From: Lysobacterales bacterium
GTDB taxonomy: Bacteria; Pseudomonadota; Gammaproteobacteria; Xanthomonadales; SZUA-5
Direction of reading: 5' to 3'
Length of the DNA stretch: 64,000 nt
NCBI GenBank assembly: GCA_022844165.1
Contig: JALHMH010000008.1
Span: 64,001-128,000, forward strand
In this document: piece after piece, positions 22,171 through 32,465 of the stretch
Numbering within the stretch: the stretch's first letter is position 1
Layout of the letters: each line of letters starts with the position of its first letter
Position numbers and translations under genes: made by a program
Notes under the pieces: model-generated
Database searches by the model: none
What the model was told of the DNA's origin: nothing
The model's input: only the letters and a program-made list of their open reading frames with translations

Positions 22171-22500
22171 ATGGTTGTGAACCTGGAATTTTTGATCCCG
22201 ATCGTTTTGTTCGTTTGTATCGCAGCGGCCGTCAAGTTCGTGATGGACGGCCGGGTGCGGCAACGATTGGCGCAGTCCGGCACATCGGAAGATCTGGTGC
22301 GAATGATGCTGGCGGCCGACGAAGTGAATCGTAAAGTGTCTTCTCTCAAATGGGGACTGGTGCTGGTTCTGATCGGAATCGCCTTTGGCATCATCGATAT
22401 CGCAAACCTCGACGGCAACGATCCCGCCACCTTCGGCATCGTGATCGGCGCTGCCGGACTGGGTATGCTCGGATTTCATGCGCTGGCCAATCGCAAGTGA
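22171..22500 (+). CDS. Small membrane protein (DUF6249-like)
   Basis: Three hydrophobic segments and SSLKWGLVLV; AGGAG RBS; divergent from the ECF gene. Confidence 0.65.
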   Translation: MVVNLEFLIPIVLFVCIAAAVKFVMDGRVRQRLAQSGTSEDLVRMMLAADEVNRKVSSLKWGLVLVLIGIAFGIIDIANLDGNDPATFGIVIGAAGLGMLGFHALANRK

Positions 22501-22539
22501 CGAGGGAACGATCTTGAACGACTGCCGTTCAAATCGTCC

Positions 22540-23232
22540 ATGAGCGCGCCAGCAGGGGATGCCTGCGGAAATTCGCGATCCGTGACGAGCAACCAGGATG
22601 GCGTGCATCCGCGCTTGTTTGACGTGGTATCCCGCCATCGGAGGCATCAAGATCGGACGCCGATTCACCCGCGCGATGCGGCCGTGGTCGATCAGTGGTT
22701 GCAGTTTTCCAGCCCTTTTTCGGCCACGGCCTTCGATGCTGGCTGCGGCACCGGTGAGAGTACGTTGCAACTGGCGCAACGCCGGCCAGACCGGGCGGTG
22801 CTGGGTGTCGATCAATCGGCGCATCGTTTGTCGCGCATCGGGCGCCATGCGATGCGCAACGCGCTGCTGATTCGCGCCGATTGTTCGGGCGTATGGCGCG
22901 CGATGGAGCGGCGCGATGTCACAGTCGATGAGTTGTATCTGCTGTATCCCAACCCTTGGCCGAAAGCGCATCACTTGTTGCGGCGTTGGCATGCGCATCC
23001 GGTGTTCCCGGCGTTAGTAAAAAGCGCGCGAGTTATCGAGTTGCGGACCAACTGGCTGATCTATGCGGAGGAATTTGCCGCCGCGCTGGGGGTTTTTGGC
23101 ATCGATGTCACGGTTGAGCCATACCTGGCGCAAGAGCCCATCAGCCCTTTCGAACGCAAATACCGCGACTCGCACCATCCGCTCTGGCGTCTAAAATCGA
23201 AGGAAGCCGCCTTGTCGCGAACAGGCGTATAG
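22540..23232 (+). CDS. TrmB-like SAM-dependent methyltransferase
   Basis: DAGCGTG, GVDQS, LYPNPWPK, ELRTNW and SPFERKY. Confidence 0.8.
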   Translation: MSAPAGDACGNSRSVTSNQDGVHPRLFDVVSRHRRHQDRTPIHPRDAAVVDQWLQFSSPFSATAFDAGCGTGESTLQLAQRRPDRAVLGVDQSAHRLSRIGRHAMRNALLIRADCSGVWRAMERRDVTVDELYLLYPNPWPKAHHLLRRWHAHPVFPALVKSARVIELRTNWLIYAEEFAAALGVFGIDVTVEPYLAQEPISPFERKYRDSHHPLWRLKSKEAALSRTGV

Positions 23233-23262
23233 ACGTCTAAACGTCTAGCGGTTTAGAATGCT
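23223..23262. promoter_or_regulatory. Five tandem 8-bp Met boxes (MetJ-type operator) overlapping the metB promoter
   Basis: AGGCGTAT AGACGTCT AAACGTCT AGCGGTTT AGAATGCT score 6, 8, 7, 5 and 5 of 8 against AGACGTCT in exact register; -10-like TAGAAT at 23254-23259. Confidence 0.8.
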
Positions 23263-23289
23263 TTCATCGATCGCCATGACGAGGGCAGC

Positions 23290-24474
23290 ATGAGCAACAC
23301 TTCCACCACCACCAAAGCGGTTCGCGCCGGGATCGATACCGATCGTGGTCACGGCGCAATCGTGCCGCCACTGGTGTTATCCAGCAACTTCTCGTTCGCG
23401 GGATTTGCGCAGCCGCGCCGCTACGACTACACACGCTCCGGCAATCCAACGCGCGACACTCTGGCCGACGCTTTGGCGGAGCTGGAGGGTGGCTGCGGCG
23501 CGGTGGTCACGGCGACCGGGATGGCCGCGATAACGTTGGCGCTGCAGTTGGTGCCTGAGGGTGGTCATCTGGTCGCGCCGCACGACTGTTATGGAGGAAC
23601 CTGGCGGCTGTTCGATACTCTGGCGAACCGCGGGCGCTTTCGGCTCACGCTGGTCGATCAAGGCAATACCGCTGCGGTTGTGGCAGCGCTGGCAGACGGC
23701 GCCGATTTGTTTTGGATCGAAACCCCAAGCAATCCGCTCTTGCGCGTTGTCGATATCGCGGCCTTGGCCGCTGCTGCCAAGGCTCATGGCACCATTGTTC
23801 TGGTCGACAACACTTTCTTATCCCCGGTTTGGCAACAGCCTTTGCAATTCGGCGCTGATCTGGTTTTGCATTCGACCACCAAATACTTGAATGGTCATAG
23901 CGACGTTGTCGGCGGCGCTATCGTCGCCGCAGGGCCAGAGCATCTGGAGACGCTCAAGTGGTGGAATAACTGCATGGGCCTGGCGGGTGCACCTTTCGAC
24001 AGTTACCTGACACTGCGCGGTCTGCGTACGCTGTCGGCGCGGCTCCGGGTGCATGGCGAGAATGCGCAAGTGCTGGCGGAACTACTGGCCGCACATCCGG
24101 TCGTCGAGCACGTGCATTTTCCGGGCCTGACCGAGCATCCGCAGCACGATCTCGCGGCGCGCCAGCAGCGCGGTTTCGGCGCGATGATCAGCTTTGAGGT
24201 CGCCGGTGGTGAGCCCTCTGTTCGAGCACTGATTGATGGCCTGAGGCACTTCTCGCTTGCCGAATCCTTGGGCGGTGTCGAGAGCCTGATCGCACATCCG
24301 GCGACGATGACGCATGCCTCCATGACGCCAGAAGCGCGCCAGGTTGCAGGCATCTCCGATCGGTTGTTGCGCCTGAGTGTTGGCATCGAGGAGGTGGGGG
24401 ATCTTGCCCACGACCTGCGCCAGGCCCTGGACCGTGCCGCTGCGGCCCGGCCTGGGCTGAGGCGGGCCGCGTAA
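23290..24474 (+). CDS. metB: Cystathionine gamma-synthase
   Basis: YDYTRSGNPTR, ETPSNP, DNTF, HSTTKYLNGHSDV (PLP lysine) and AESLGGVESL. Confidence 0.92.
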   Translation: MSNTSTTTKAVRAGIDTDRGHGAIVPPLVLSSNFSFAGFAQPRRYDYTRSGNPTRDTLADALAELEGGCGAVVTATGMAAITLALQLVPEGGHLVAPHDCYGGTWRLFDTLANRGRFRLTLVDQGNTAAVVAALADGADLFWIETPSNPLLRVVDIAALAAAAKAHGTIVLVDNTFLSPVWQQPLQFGADLVLHSTTKYLNGHSDVVGGAIVAAGPEHLETLKWWNNCMGLAGAPFDSYLTLRGLRTLSARLRVHGENAQVLAELLAAHPVVEHVHFPGLTEHPQHDLAARQQRGFGAMISFEVAGGEPSVRALIDGLRHFSLAESLGGVESLIAHPATMTHASMTPEARQVAGISDRLLRLSVGIEEVGDLAHDLRQALDRAAAARPGLRRAA

Positions 24475-24887
24475 GCCAGTGCGATTCCGGAGCAGCGCTT
24501 TGAACGCGCACCGCACAGGCTGGCGAACGGAATCCGCGTTCAGTGTCGGCGAGCGCTGACAGCGAGCGGCTTGCGGCAATATTTTTGGCCGGGCTCGCGG
24601 AGAATATGCCTGTCGGCGATTCGTGCGGACCGAGATCGCGCACTCGCGCAAGCACGATCTGGGATTGGCGCAGTTGCTCAACGGCGAAACTTCACATATG
24701 AACCGGGTCAGCCCCCGGTTTTGAGCGACCGCGCAGCCGTCATTGACCTGATACTTCGCATTGAGCTCGATCAACAACCCGTCACGGTCGATGGATCGGT
24801 CGAAGTCCTCGCAGGGCGTCTCTCCCTTGCCATCGCAGGCCGGGCCGATGATCCGCACCACGACCAATGGCAACTAAAGGCACTGCG

Positions 24888-25676
24888 TCATCGCGCCGTG
24901 TGATGCTGCACCCACCATTGCCCGGCGGTGCGCACAACGAATGCGCGCCCGTTCGGTTCACCTGACGAGACCTCGCCATGGAACAAGACTTCAGCACCAT
25001 CACCGTCGATGCGTACGCGGTCGACGACTGCATTGCTCATGGCGAACGGGCGCCACAGCCTGAAATTCTCCCGATGCTCGGCGATCTTGTCAGCACTGCG
25101 TGGATCCTGATAGCCGGGTGGAAGAGAGAGTTTCCTGGCCAGATCGTAGTCGCCATTGGAGCGTGCCTTCAGCAGCGCCAGCAGAGCCTCGGCGGGCGCC
25201 GAATCGTTGGCGGCGGGCGACCCGGGAGTAGAGAGTGTGTCGCTGATCGGAACATCAATGACGAGATCGGATTGGGCATAGCGCCAAGTCGCCTGGACTC
25301 TGCCGGTATCGACAGATGCGGATAAGCGCCATCCGCCAATCGGGTTTCGGTCGTCTTCCATATCCGGCGTGCCAGCACTATCGAAGGCGCGAAATTCGCC
25401 ATCAGGATGCAGCTCGAAAATCGCAGTTGCGTATGAATGCCGCGCCTGATGTTCGTCGCGAATCACTCTCTTATTGACGATGCCGGCGTCGGCAATCGCG
25501 AAGCGATCGAAGCGATAGTCGCTGATCGCTACGTACAGCCGTTTCTCCTCGCGCCAGGCAATGGCATCCACCACGTCCCAATGGCGACCTGCATCGAAAA
25601 ACGTCCCAGTGACGGAACCTGATTGGGCCAGCGCAGATGTTGCGATGGCGAACAGAACGACTGCGATCCGGAACAT
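24888..25676 (-). CDS. Hypothetical secreted protein
   Basis: Signal peptide MFRIAVVLFAIATSALA-Q; GGGAG RBS; no family recognised. Confidence 0.7.
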   Translation of the reverse strand: MFRIAVVLFAIATSALAQSGSVTGTFFDAGRHWDVVDAIAWREEKRLYVAISDYRFDRFAIADAGIVNKRVIRDEHQARHSYATAIFELHPDGEFRAFDSAGTPDMEDDRNPIGGWRLSASVDTGRVQATWRYAQSDLVIDVPISDTLSTPGSPAANDSAPAEALLALLKARSNGDYDLARKLSLPPGYQDPRSADKIAEHRENFRLWRPFAMSNAVVDRVRIDGDGAEVLFHGEVSSGEPNGRAFVVRTAGQWWVQHHTAR

Positions 25677-25758
25677 GCCTGACTCCCGCTCAAGTGATGT
25701 ACTCAAATCACCTACGCATGATCGCAGCAAACCGGGTCACCAAGTCGCCAGCCGCGGG

Positions 25759-26679
25759 TTAGGCTGCCTGAGCGCTGGTGCGAACGAAATCCACGATCAC
25801 CTGCGCCAATTCCTCGCCACAATCTTCCTGCAGAAAATGGCCACCGCCAATGAGCGTGGTATGGCGCTGCTGATTGCAGCCCGGGATCAGCTTCTGCAGA
25901 ACAGCATCGGCGCCGCGTGTGATCGGATCGCCGTCGCTGAACGCAGTGAGAAAGGGTTTGTCGAATCGCATCAGCTGCGCCCACGCCTGGCGATTGGGCT
26001 CCGCGGCCGGGTCATCGGGACTTGCAGGCACGAGTGTCGGAAACGCGCGTGCACCGGCCTTGAAACGTTCGTCGGGGAACGGCGCATCGTAGGCGGCCTG
26101 TTCTGCCGCGGTCAGCGATTTGACGGTGCCCCTGGCGATGATTTGTCCTGTTGGGAACACCGGTACGGTTTGCGAGAACTCGCGCCACGCCAGGAAAGCT
26201 GCGCCGGGTTTGCTGTCGCCGGTTGGCAGGAACGTATTCGCGGCGACCACGCGCGCAAAGCGTTCGGGCATGGCTGCGACCAGGCGCAGCCCAAGCAGGC
26301 CGCCCCAATCCTGGCAAACCAGTGTGATGGAATTCAGATTGAGCGTGCAGACAAAGTGTGTGAGCCAGTCGACATGTCGTTGGTAGCTGTAATCGCTGCG
26401 CTCAGCGGGTTTGTCGGAGCGACCAAATCCCACGAGATCCGGCGCGATGACCCGGTGACCCGCAGCCGCAACGATGGGAATCATCTTGCGATACAGATAC
26501 GACCAACTAGGTTCGCCGTGCAGCATCAACACCGGTGCGGCGGCGGGCGGTCCCTCGTCCACATAGTGCATGCGCAGAGTTTGTTCGCCTTCGCCGGCCT
26601 GGATGTGGACAAAGTTCGGCGCGAAGGGAAACCCAGGCAGTTCGGAGAAGCAGACATCTGGCGTACGTAGCACTTGCAT
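25759..26679 (-). CDS. Haloalkane dehalogenase
   Basis: LRTPD, HGEPSWSYLYRKM, QDWGG nucleophile motif and GHFLQED. Confidence 0.92.
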   Translation of the reverse strand: MQVLRTPDVCFSELPGFPFAPNFVHIQAGEGEQTLRMHYVDEGPPAAAPVLMLHGEPSWSYLYRKMIPIVAAAGHRVIAPDLVGFGRSDKPAERSDYSYQRHVDWLTHFVCTLNLNSITLVCQDWGGLLGLRLVAAMPERFARVVAANTFLPTGDSKPGAAFLAWREFSQTVPVFPTGQIIARGTVKSLTAAEQAAYDAPFPDERFKAGARAFPTLVPASPDDPAAEPNRQAWAQLMRFDKPFLTAFSDGDPITRGADAVLQKLIPGCNQQRHTTLIGGGHFLQEDCGEELAQVIVDFVRTSAQAA

Positions 26680-26814
26680 GGCGGGATCCTTCGACGGTGC
26701 GGCATCGGTGGGCGGATCATCGCTGCTTTCCTGATATCAGAGTACTTGGGCACCAGGGTACTTTGCGGCTCACCAGCCGCGTATTGTGGCAACAACTTTG
26801 TAGCCATTCTTTCT

Positions 26815-27969
26815 ATGACTCGATACTTCGCGCCACTCGGCACATTGGTTCTCTGCGCTGTCGCTGGCGCAACTTTGCAGGCCGCAGTGCCGGAACTAGA
26901 GCGCTTCGATCAGCGCTTTCGTGAGGTATTGATCGAACAATCCATCCCAGGTGGCGCTTACATCGTCGTTGGCAAAGGCCAGGTGCTAAGGTCGGGCGCA
27001 CACGGTGTGCGACAGATCGGTCAGGTGGAGCCGGTGGATGTCGACACCGTGTTTCGTCTCGCCTCGGTGTCGAAAACCTTCGCCGGACCGCTGGCGCTCC
27101 AGCTGGTTGCCGAGCAACGGATCGATCTTGCCGATTCGTTGGTCACGCAGCCGCCCGACTTTCGCTTGAAGCCCGCACTGATGAAACAACTGCGCGTCGA
27201 AGATTTGCTTGGGCAATCGACGGGGCTGGTGGCGAATGCCTACGACAATCTGCTCGATGACGGTCTGCCTTTGGCCAAGATTCTCCCGCAATTCCGCACA
27301 CTGGAGCCGATTTGTGCGCCCGGTCGCTGTTACAGCTACCAGAACATCGCTTTTGCGCAGATTGCGCCCATCCTGTCCAGGGCGGCCGGCACTTCTTACT
27401 CGGAGTTAGTCACGCAGCGTCTGTTCGATCCGCTGGGGATGCGCAGTGCGACGTTTGGACGAGACGCATTGCTGGCCGAAGCGAATGTCGCGCGACCGCA
27501 TCGCCGCAGGGACGGCGTCTGGGTTCCTGCAGAGTTGAACGAAGCGTATTACCAATTGCCGGCGGCAGCAGGCATCAATGCCAGTGTCAACGATTTGAGC
27601 AAGTGGTTGCTTGCAATGCTGGGCAGCCATCCGGACGTATTACCGGCCGAGCTGATTGAGGCAACGACGCGCAAGCGCGTGCGTACGCCACGCGAACTCA
27701 AACGGCAATTATGGGCCGATCTGCTCAGCGATGCCCACTATGGTCTGGGTTGGCGCATCTACCAAATCGGCGAGGATGAGCTGTATTTGCACAGTGGTTG
27801 GGTCAGAGGTTACGTCACCGAGATCGCGTACTCGCGCAAGCACGATCTGGGACTGGCGCTGCTGCTGAACGGCGAAACTTTGCACATCAATCGAATCAGC
27901 ACCTGGTTTTGGGCCACCACACACGGCCGCTCCGTGCCTGGCGACCCAATGCCGGCTGCTTCGAAGTGA
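26815..27969 (+). CDS. Serine hydrolase (beta-lactamase/AmpC-like family), exported
   Basis: Signal peptide; FRLASVSK (SxxK), YSYQN and HSG motifs. Confidence 0.88.
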   Translation: MTRYFAPLGTLVLCAVAGATLQAAVPELERFDQRFREVLIEQSIPGGAYIVVGKGQVLRSGAHGVRQIGQVEPVDVDTVFRLASVSKTFAGPLALQLVAEQRIDLADSLVTQPPDFRLKPALMKQLRVEDLLGQSTGLVANAYDNLLDDGLPLAKILPQFRTLEPICAPGRCYSYQNIAFAQIAPILSRAAGTSYSELVTQRLFDPLGMRSATFGRDALLAEANVARPHRRRDGVWVPAELNEAYYQLPAAAGINASVNDLSKWLLAMLGSHPDVLPAELIEATTRKRVRTPRELKRQLWADLLSDAHYGLGWRIYQIGEDELYLHSGWVRGYVTEIAYSRKHDLGLALLLNGETLHINRISTWFWATTHGRSVPGDPMPAASK

Positions 27970-28176
27970 GCGCAGGCCGAACGAGGAATCCGCTATGGGT
28001 TGGATAAAGACGGGTGGGATCAGGACAGCCTCGCCGGTACGGTTGCTGGAGCTGTTGATTACCCGGTCCGCCGCTTAAGCGGTTGCACTTTTTGCTTCGC
28101 TCTTGCTGTCAGCATTCAGGCAGCGCAAGCCTGATCACACTCACTTTTCGCATTCGTCCGAGTTCACCCATGCGGG

Positions 28177-29046
28177 CTAAGGCATCCCGTCGTGCAATGC
28201 TTCCGCTTCGTCACGACCTTGCTGGCGAATCGCTGCGACTTGTCGCGCGTCTTCGATGGCGTCGAGGACTGCATCCACGTCGGCCGGACTTTCGTCGAAA
28301 ACAAACGTGCCGGTCAGCTCAATATCCGGAGTGAGCGCGCCGGCCTCGAACAGCGCCCACATTTCTTCGCCGTAGTGCGTGAGCATCAGTTCCGGTGCGA
28401 AGCGGCTGAAGCTGGCGCGCAGGTTATGGACATCGCGCAACAACATGTCACGCGCGGCATTGTTGCCAGCTGCGCTCACGACCTGCGGCAAATCGATAAT
28501 GACCGGACCGGCGGCCTCGATCAGTACGTTGTACTCGGATAAATCGCCATGGATCAGGCCCAGACACAACATACGCACCACATCGCGCATCAGCCGCGAG
28601 TGCCAGTCGAGCGCTTGCGCGTGAGTCAGCTCGACTTCGCCCAGGCGTGGCGCTGGGTCGCCATGTTCGTCGGTGACCATCGACATCAGCAGTACGCCGT
28701 GGAAGTAACCGTGCGGCTTCGGCACCGACACACCCGCGGCCGCAAGACGGTAGAGCGCATCGACTTCGGTGTTCTTCCACACCGCTTCTTGCTCCCGGCG
28801 GCCAAACTTGCTGCCGCGATGGATCGCCCGCGATTGCCGGCTGCCGCGCACATTGCGGCCTTCCTGATATTGCACGCGCGCTTTGAAACTGCGCTGCGCC
28901 ATATCCTTGTAGACCTTGGCGCACAGCCGGTTCGGCCCAGATCGCACGACAAAAACCGAGGCTTCCTTGCCACTTTTCAGCGGCAGCAGCACCTCATCGA
29001 CAAGGCCATCGTCGACCAGCGGTTGCAGGCCTTTGGGTATTTTCAT
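28177..29046 (-). CDS. RIO1-like protein kinase (PA4780 family)
   Basis: LKSGKEASV, CAKVYK, IHGDLSEYNVL and IIDLPQ. Confidence 0.9.
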   Translation of the reverse strand: MKIPKGLQPLVDDGLVDEVLLPLKSGKEASVFVVRSGPNRLCAKVYKDMAQRSFKARVQYQEGRNVRGSRQSRAIHRGSKFGRREQEAVWKNTEVDALYRLAAAGVSVPKPHGYFHGVLLMSMVTDEHGDPAPRLGEVELTHAQALDWHSRLMRDVVRMLCLGLIHGDLSEYNVLIEAAGPVIIDLPQVVSAAGNNAARDMLLRDVHNLRASFSRFAPELMLTHYGEEMWALFEAGALTPDIELTGTFVFDESPADVDAVLDAIEDARQVAAIRQQGRDEAEALHDGMP

Positions 29047-29131
29047 CTGCAGTGACCGAAGAACTAAGCGCCCTAGTATGGCGCAAGCGTCCCCGAGAGC
29101 ACCTTCAATTGCCAATGCACGCAGCTGAGCG

Positions 29132-31870
29132 TCACTTCGCCAACCACCGATCAGCCAACCGCACGGCGTAGTGCCGTTCGCCACGCCGTGCCGCGACGAT
29201 GTCTCGGGCCTGCTGTACTGCAAGGCGATCCAAGGTCGGGCCTTGCATGAGCCGTTCGAGCAACGTTGCGATTTCGGAAAGTCTGGTCGAGTCGTCGCGC
29301 GCAATGCGCTCATTGGCAGCGTGCAGCGCCGAGCGTGCGTTGTCGAGTTGTTGCTGTTCAATGGCGAGAGCGGCAATCGACAAGCACACGCTGGCGATGT
29401 CGCGTGGGGCCTTGGTTTCGACGGCCATGGTACGTATCAGCTCAGCCATCGCGCTGGCATCCGGAGCAAGGCGTAGCCGTATGGCGACAAGCTCGAAGTA
29501 GCGCCAACGAGCGTTGCCCGCGATCTGGGGCGGCGGGTCTGGGCCGCCCGGTGGCAGAAGCTCGAGTGCGCGGGCAGCGCGACCGGTTTCGGCGAGCGCG
29601 ATAGCGGCGTAACTGACGGCGTCCAGGTAGAGCGGATGCGCCTGGCCGACTTCGCGTTTCAGGTCCGCAAGCGCTCGTTGTGCCTCAGTTGCGGCATCTT
29701 CGTAGCGTTGTTGGCGATTCAGACTCATCGCGAGAAACGAACGCGAGCGAGCCGCCGCATAACTTTGCGGGCCGTAGTGCTGTTCGCGAATGCCAAGTAC
29801 CTCGCGCCACAATGGTGTGGCATCCGCGCTGGGGTCACTTCGGGTGCGAATACGGGCAAGCTCTTCCAGGATTCTGGCCAGCTGAGGATGCTGGTTTGGA
29901 TAGGCGCGCCGTGCGACGCTCGCGGCGCGCTCGGCAAAGGGCAGCGCTGCTGCGATATCGCCTTTGATGCGTAGAACGCCGGCGACCCGCATGGCAGCGT
30001 AAGCGGTCTCCGCATGGTCCTGTCCGAATCGTCGCTCGGAGAGCTGCAGCGCGCGACGCGCGAGGGTTTCGGCTTGCGCACGGTAGATTTGATCGTGCGA
30101 ATAAGCGACCACGGCCTGAGTGAGTGCGCCGATTTCCCGGTCGGCGTCTGGTGCCGTACGCGCGATCAGATCCAGCAACTCATCGGCCAGAGAGCGTGCG
30201 GTATCGCCATCGTCGCTATCGACGTTGGCGCCGATCATCTCCATGAATTTGCCCATCAGCCAATCGTTGGGCGCGCCTTGCGCACGCGCTTGCGCAACTG
30301 CGCTGCGCAAGGCATCCAGCCCGTGCGCGCGGTTGCCAGGATCGAGTTGCGTGTGTACCGTGGCCAGATCGGCTTCGATGGCTGCGCTTTGCCAGATCGG
30401 TGCGTCGGCGATTTCAGGAACCAACGCCTGGGCGGCTTCGAAACTGCGGCGCGCTGCAGACCATTGACGCTGTCCTCCCTGGATGCGGGCCAGGGACAGC
30501 AACAGCGACAGCCGAGCGCCGGGCTCGGCATTGGTGTCGGCCAGCGCCTGCTCGGTGCCGCGGGCCAGCAGTTCAGCCGTGCTCGGAAGTTCGTCGCGCG
30601 GCGCTCCGGGCAGTTCGTTGGCGAACAGGTCCTCAAGAAACGACTGCACATACGCTGCACGCTGCGCCTCGCGGCGAGCGATGTGCGACTGTTGCCAGGC
30701 GCCGATCGCGCCGACCATGCTGGCCAGCAGGCCAATCGCGATTGCGCTGCTGGCGACACGATTTCGAGCGATGAGCTTGACCAGCCGATATCCGGCGCCC
30801 TCGCGTACGCGCACGGGCAAACCATCGAGCCATGCCGACAGTTCTTCGGCGAGCGCTTGCGCATTGCCGTAGCGGCGCGCGGGATCGGCCTGCAGCGCGC
30901 GCGCGAGTACGGCATCGAGATCGCCACGCAGCTCACGCGTTCGCTGACGCACCGCTGGATCTTCAGTTCGCGCAACGACGCGCGAGGCAGGCAATAGCAT
31001 CTCACCCTGGCGCTGCGGCCGCTGTCCGACCAGGAGTTCGTGCAACACCACCCCAAGGGCGTATACATCGCTCGCTGTACTGACCGGCTCTCCGCGCAGT
31101 TGCTCGGGTGCCGCATAGGCTGGCGTCAACGCGCGTCCCATGGCATGCGTCAGTTCGGTGCTGTCGCCGAAGCCGCTGTGATCCAGCAATTTGGCGATGC
31201 CAAAGTCGAGCAGCTTGGGTATGCCGGAGCGATCGATCAGAATATTGGCAGGCTTGATATCGCGATGGACAATCAGCTGGGCTTGTGCAGCGGCGACCGC
31301 ATCGCAAATCGCGCGCATCCAGAGAACGCGACCGCGCACGTCCAGCTTGCTGCGGTCGGCAGCGTCCAGCAGCGGCTGGCCATCGACGAACTCGATCACC
31401 AGAAACGGCTCGCCCGAGGCCGTCATACCGCTATCGAGCAGTCGCGCGATGTTCGGGTGTTTCAGGCGCATCAAGATGTCGCGTTCGCGTCGCAAACGCT
31501 CGCCGAGCACGGCTTGCGACAGGTGGCTGCGGATCAGCTTGAGCGCGACATCGATATGCGCTTCATTTTGTGCGAGCCATACCTCGCCCATCCCACCCGT
31601 GCCAAGCATTCGTTGCAACCGATAGCGCCCGATCGTATCCCCGGGTGCGTGCGATGTGCCGAGATTGGGTTCCAGCCGTGCCCAGGGCCTGGCATCGAGC
31701 ATCGGGTCGTCTTGCTCCGCCGCATGGATCAGTTGCCGCAGCTCCACTGCCAGGGTTGCGTCTTCGCCATCGAGCGTATCGAGCATTGCGTCCCGCTCGG
31801 ACGACGTCGCATTCAGCGCTGCGTCGAGCAGCGCATCCAGTCGCCGCATTCGCCCGATATCCCGGTTCAT
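29132..31870 (-). CDS. Hanks-type Ser/Thr kinase with transmembrane segment and TPR repeats
   Basis: LGTGGMGEV, VALK, HRDIKPANIL, DFGIAK and YAAPEQ; translationally coupled to the ECF gene. Confidence 0.92.
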   Translation of the reverse strand: MNRDIGRMRRLDALLDAALNATSSERDAMLDTLDGEDATLAVELRQLIHAAEQDDPMLDARPWARLEPNLGTSHAPGDTIGRYRLQRMLGTGGMGEVWLAQNEAHIDVALKLIRSHLSQAVLGERLRRERDILMRLKHPNIARLLDSGMTASGEPFLVIEFVDGQPLLDAADRSKLDVRGRVLWMRAICDAVAAAQAQLIVHRDIKPANILIDRSGIPKLLDFGIAKLLDHSGFGDSTELTHAMGRALTPAYAAPEQLRGEPVSTASDVYALGVVLHELLVGQRPQRQGEMLLPASRVVARTEDPAVRQRTRELRGDLDAVLARALQADPARRYGNAQALAEELSAWLDGLPVRVREGAGYRLVKLIARNRVASSAIAIGLLASMVGAIGAWQQSHIARREAQRAAYVQSFLEDLFANELPGAPRDELPSTAELLARGTEQALADTNAEPGARLSLLLSLARIQGGQRQWSAARRSFEAAQALVPEIADAPIWQSAAIEADLATVHTQLDPGNRAHGLDALRSAVAQARAQGAPNDWLMGKFMEMIGANVDSDDGDTARSLADELLDLIARTAPDADREIGALTQAVVAYSHDQIYRAQAETLARRALQLSERRFGQDHAETAYAAMRVAGVLRIKGDIAAALPFAERAASVARRAYPNQHPQLARILEELARIRTRSDPSADATPLWREVLGIREQHYGPQSYAAARSRSFLAMSLNRQQRYEDAATEAQRALADLKREVGQAHPLYLDAVSYAAIALAETGRAARALELLPPGGPDPPPQIAGNARWRYFELVAIRLRLAPDASAMAELIRTMAVETKAPRDIASVCLSIAALAIEQQQLDNARSALHAANERIARDDSTRLSEIATLLERLMQGPTLDRLAVQQARDIVAARRGERHYAVRLADRWLAK

Positions 31871-32376
31871 CGCGCAGCGCTGAGTTCGCCCAACCACGCT
31901 TTGGCGCGTTTCCAGTCGCGCTGCACCGTGCGCACATCGACGTCCAGAATATCGGCCGTTTCTTCTTCGGTGTAGCCGGCAAAAAAGCGACACATGACCA
32001 CTTCTGCGAGGCGCGGTTGGATCTCGGCGAGCGCCTTTAGCGTCTGGTCCATTTCGACCAGACGTTCGGCATCCAGCTCCGGTGCCAGCGCGACAGGGTC
32101 ATGATCGTCCGTTGCCGCAGTCTGCCGGACGCTACGGCGTCGCGCATCGTCGATCAGAATTTCGCGCATTGCTCGAGCTGCCAGCCCAAAGAAGTGCTTC
32201 CGATCCACCGCAACGGCGCTGCGTTCGCGGCTCAGCTTCAGGTACACCTCGTTGACCAGAGCTGTAGTCGCCAGCGTTTCGCCATGCGGCATACGCCGCC
32301 GCGCGGCATGCGCAAGGGTGCGCAGCTCATCGATGAGCGGTGCCAATGTTGCGGGGTCGGAGTCGAAGAAGCTCAT
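31867..32376 (-). CDS. ECF sigma factor of the kinase-associated (ECF43/EcfK-like) type
   Basis: ETLATTALVNEVYLKL, HFFGLAARAMREILID and RTVQRDWKRAKAWL. Confidence 0.9.
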   Translation of the reverse strand: MSFFDSDPATLAPLIDELRTLAHAARRRMPHGETLATTALVNEVYLKLSRERSAVAVDRKHFFGLAARAMREILIDDARRRSVRQTAATDDHDPVALAPELDAERLVEMDQTLKALAEIQPRLAEVVMCRFFAGYTEEETADILDVDVRTVQRDWKRAKAWLGELSAAR

Positions 32377-32465
32377 AGCACGGAGAATAGTCGTCCTCTC
32401 AAAGCTTCCCAAACCTTACGTCGGCGTTGTGCATATCAGCGCACAACACCATTGAAGGTTCGCGA

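Noticed and set aside
24475-24890. Possible small gene or remnant between metB and the secreted protein
   Set aside because: Candidate ORFs lack an RBS and any recognisable family; a remnant cannot be supported without a search.
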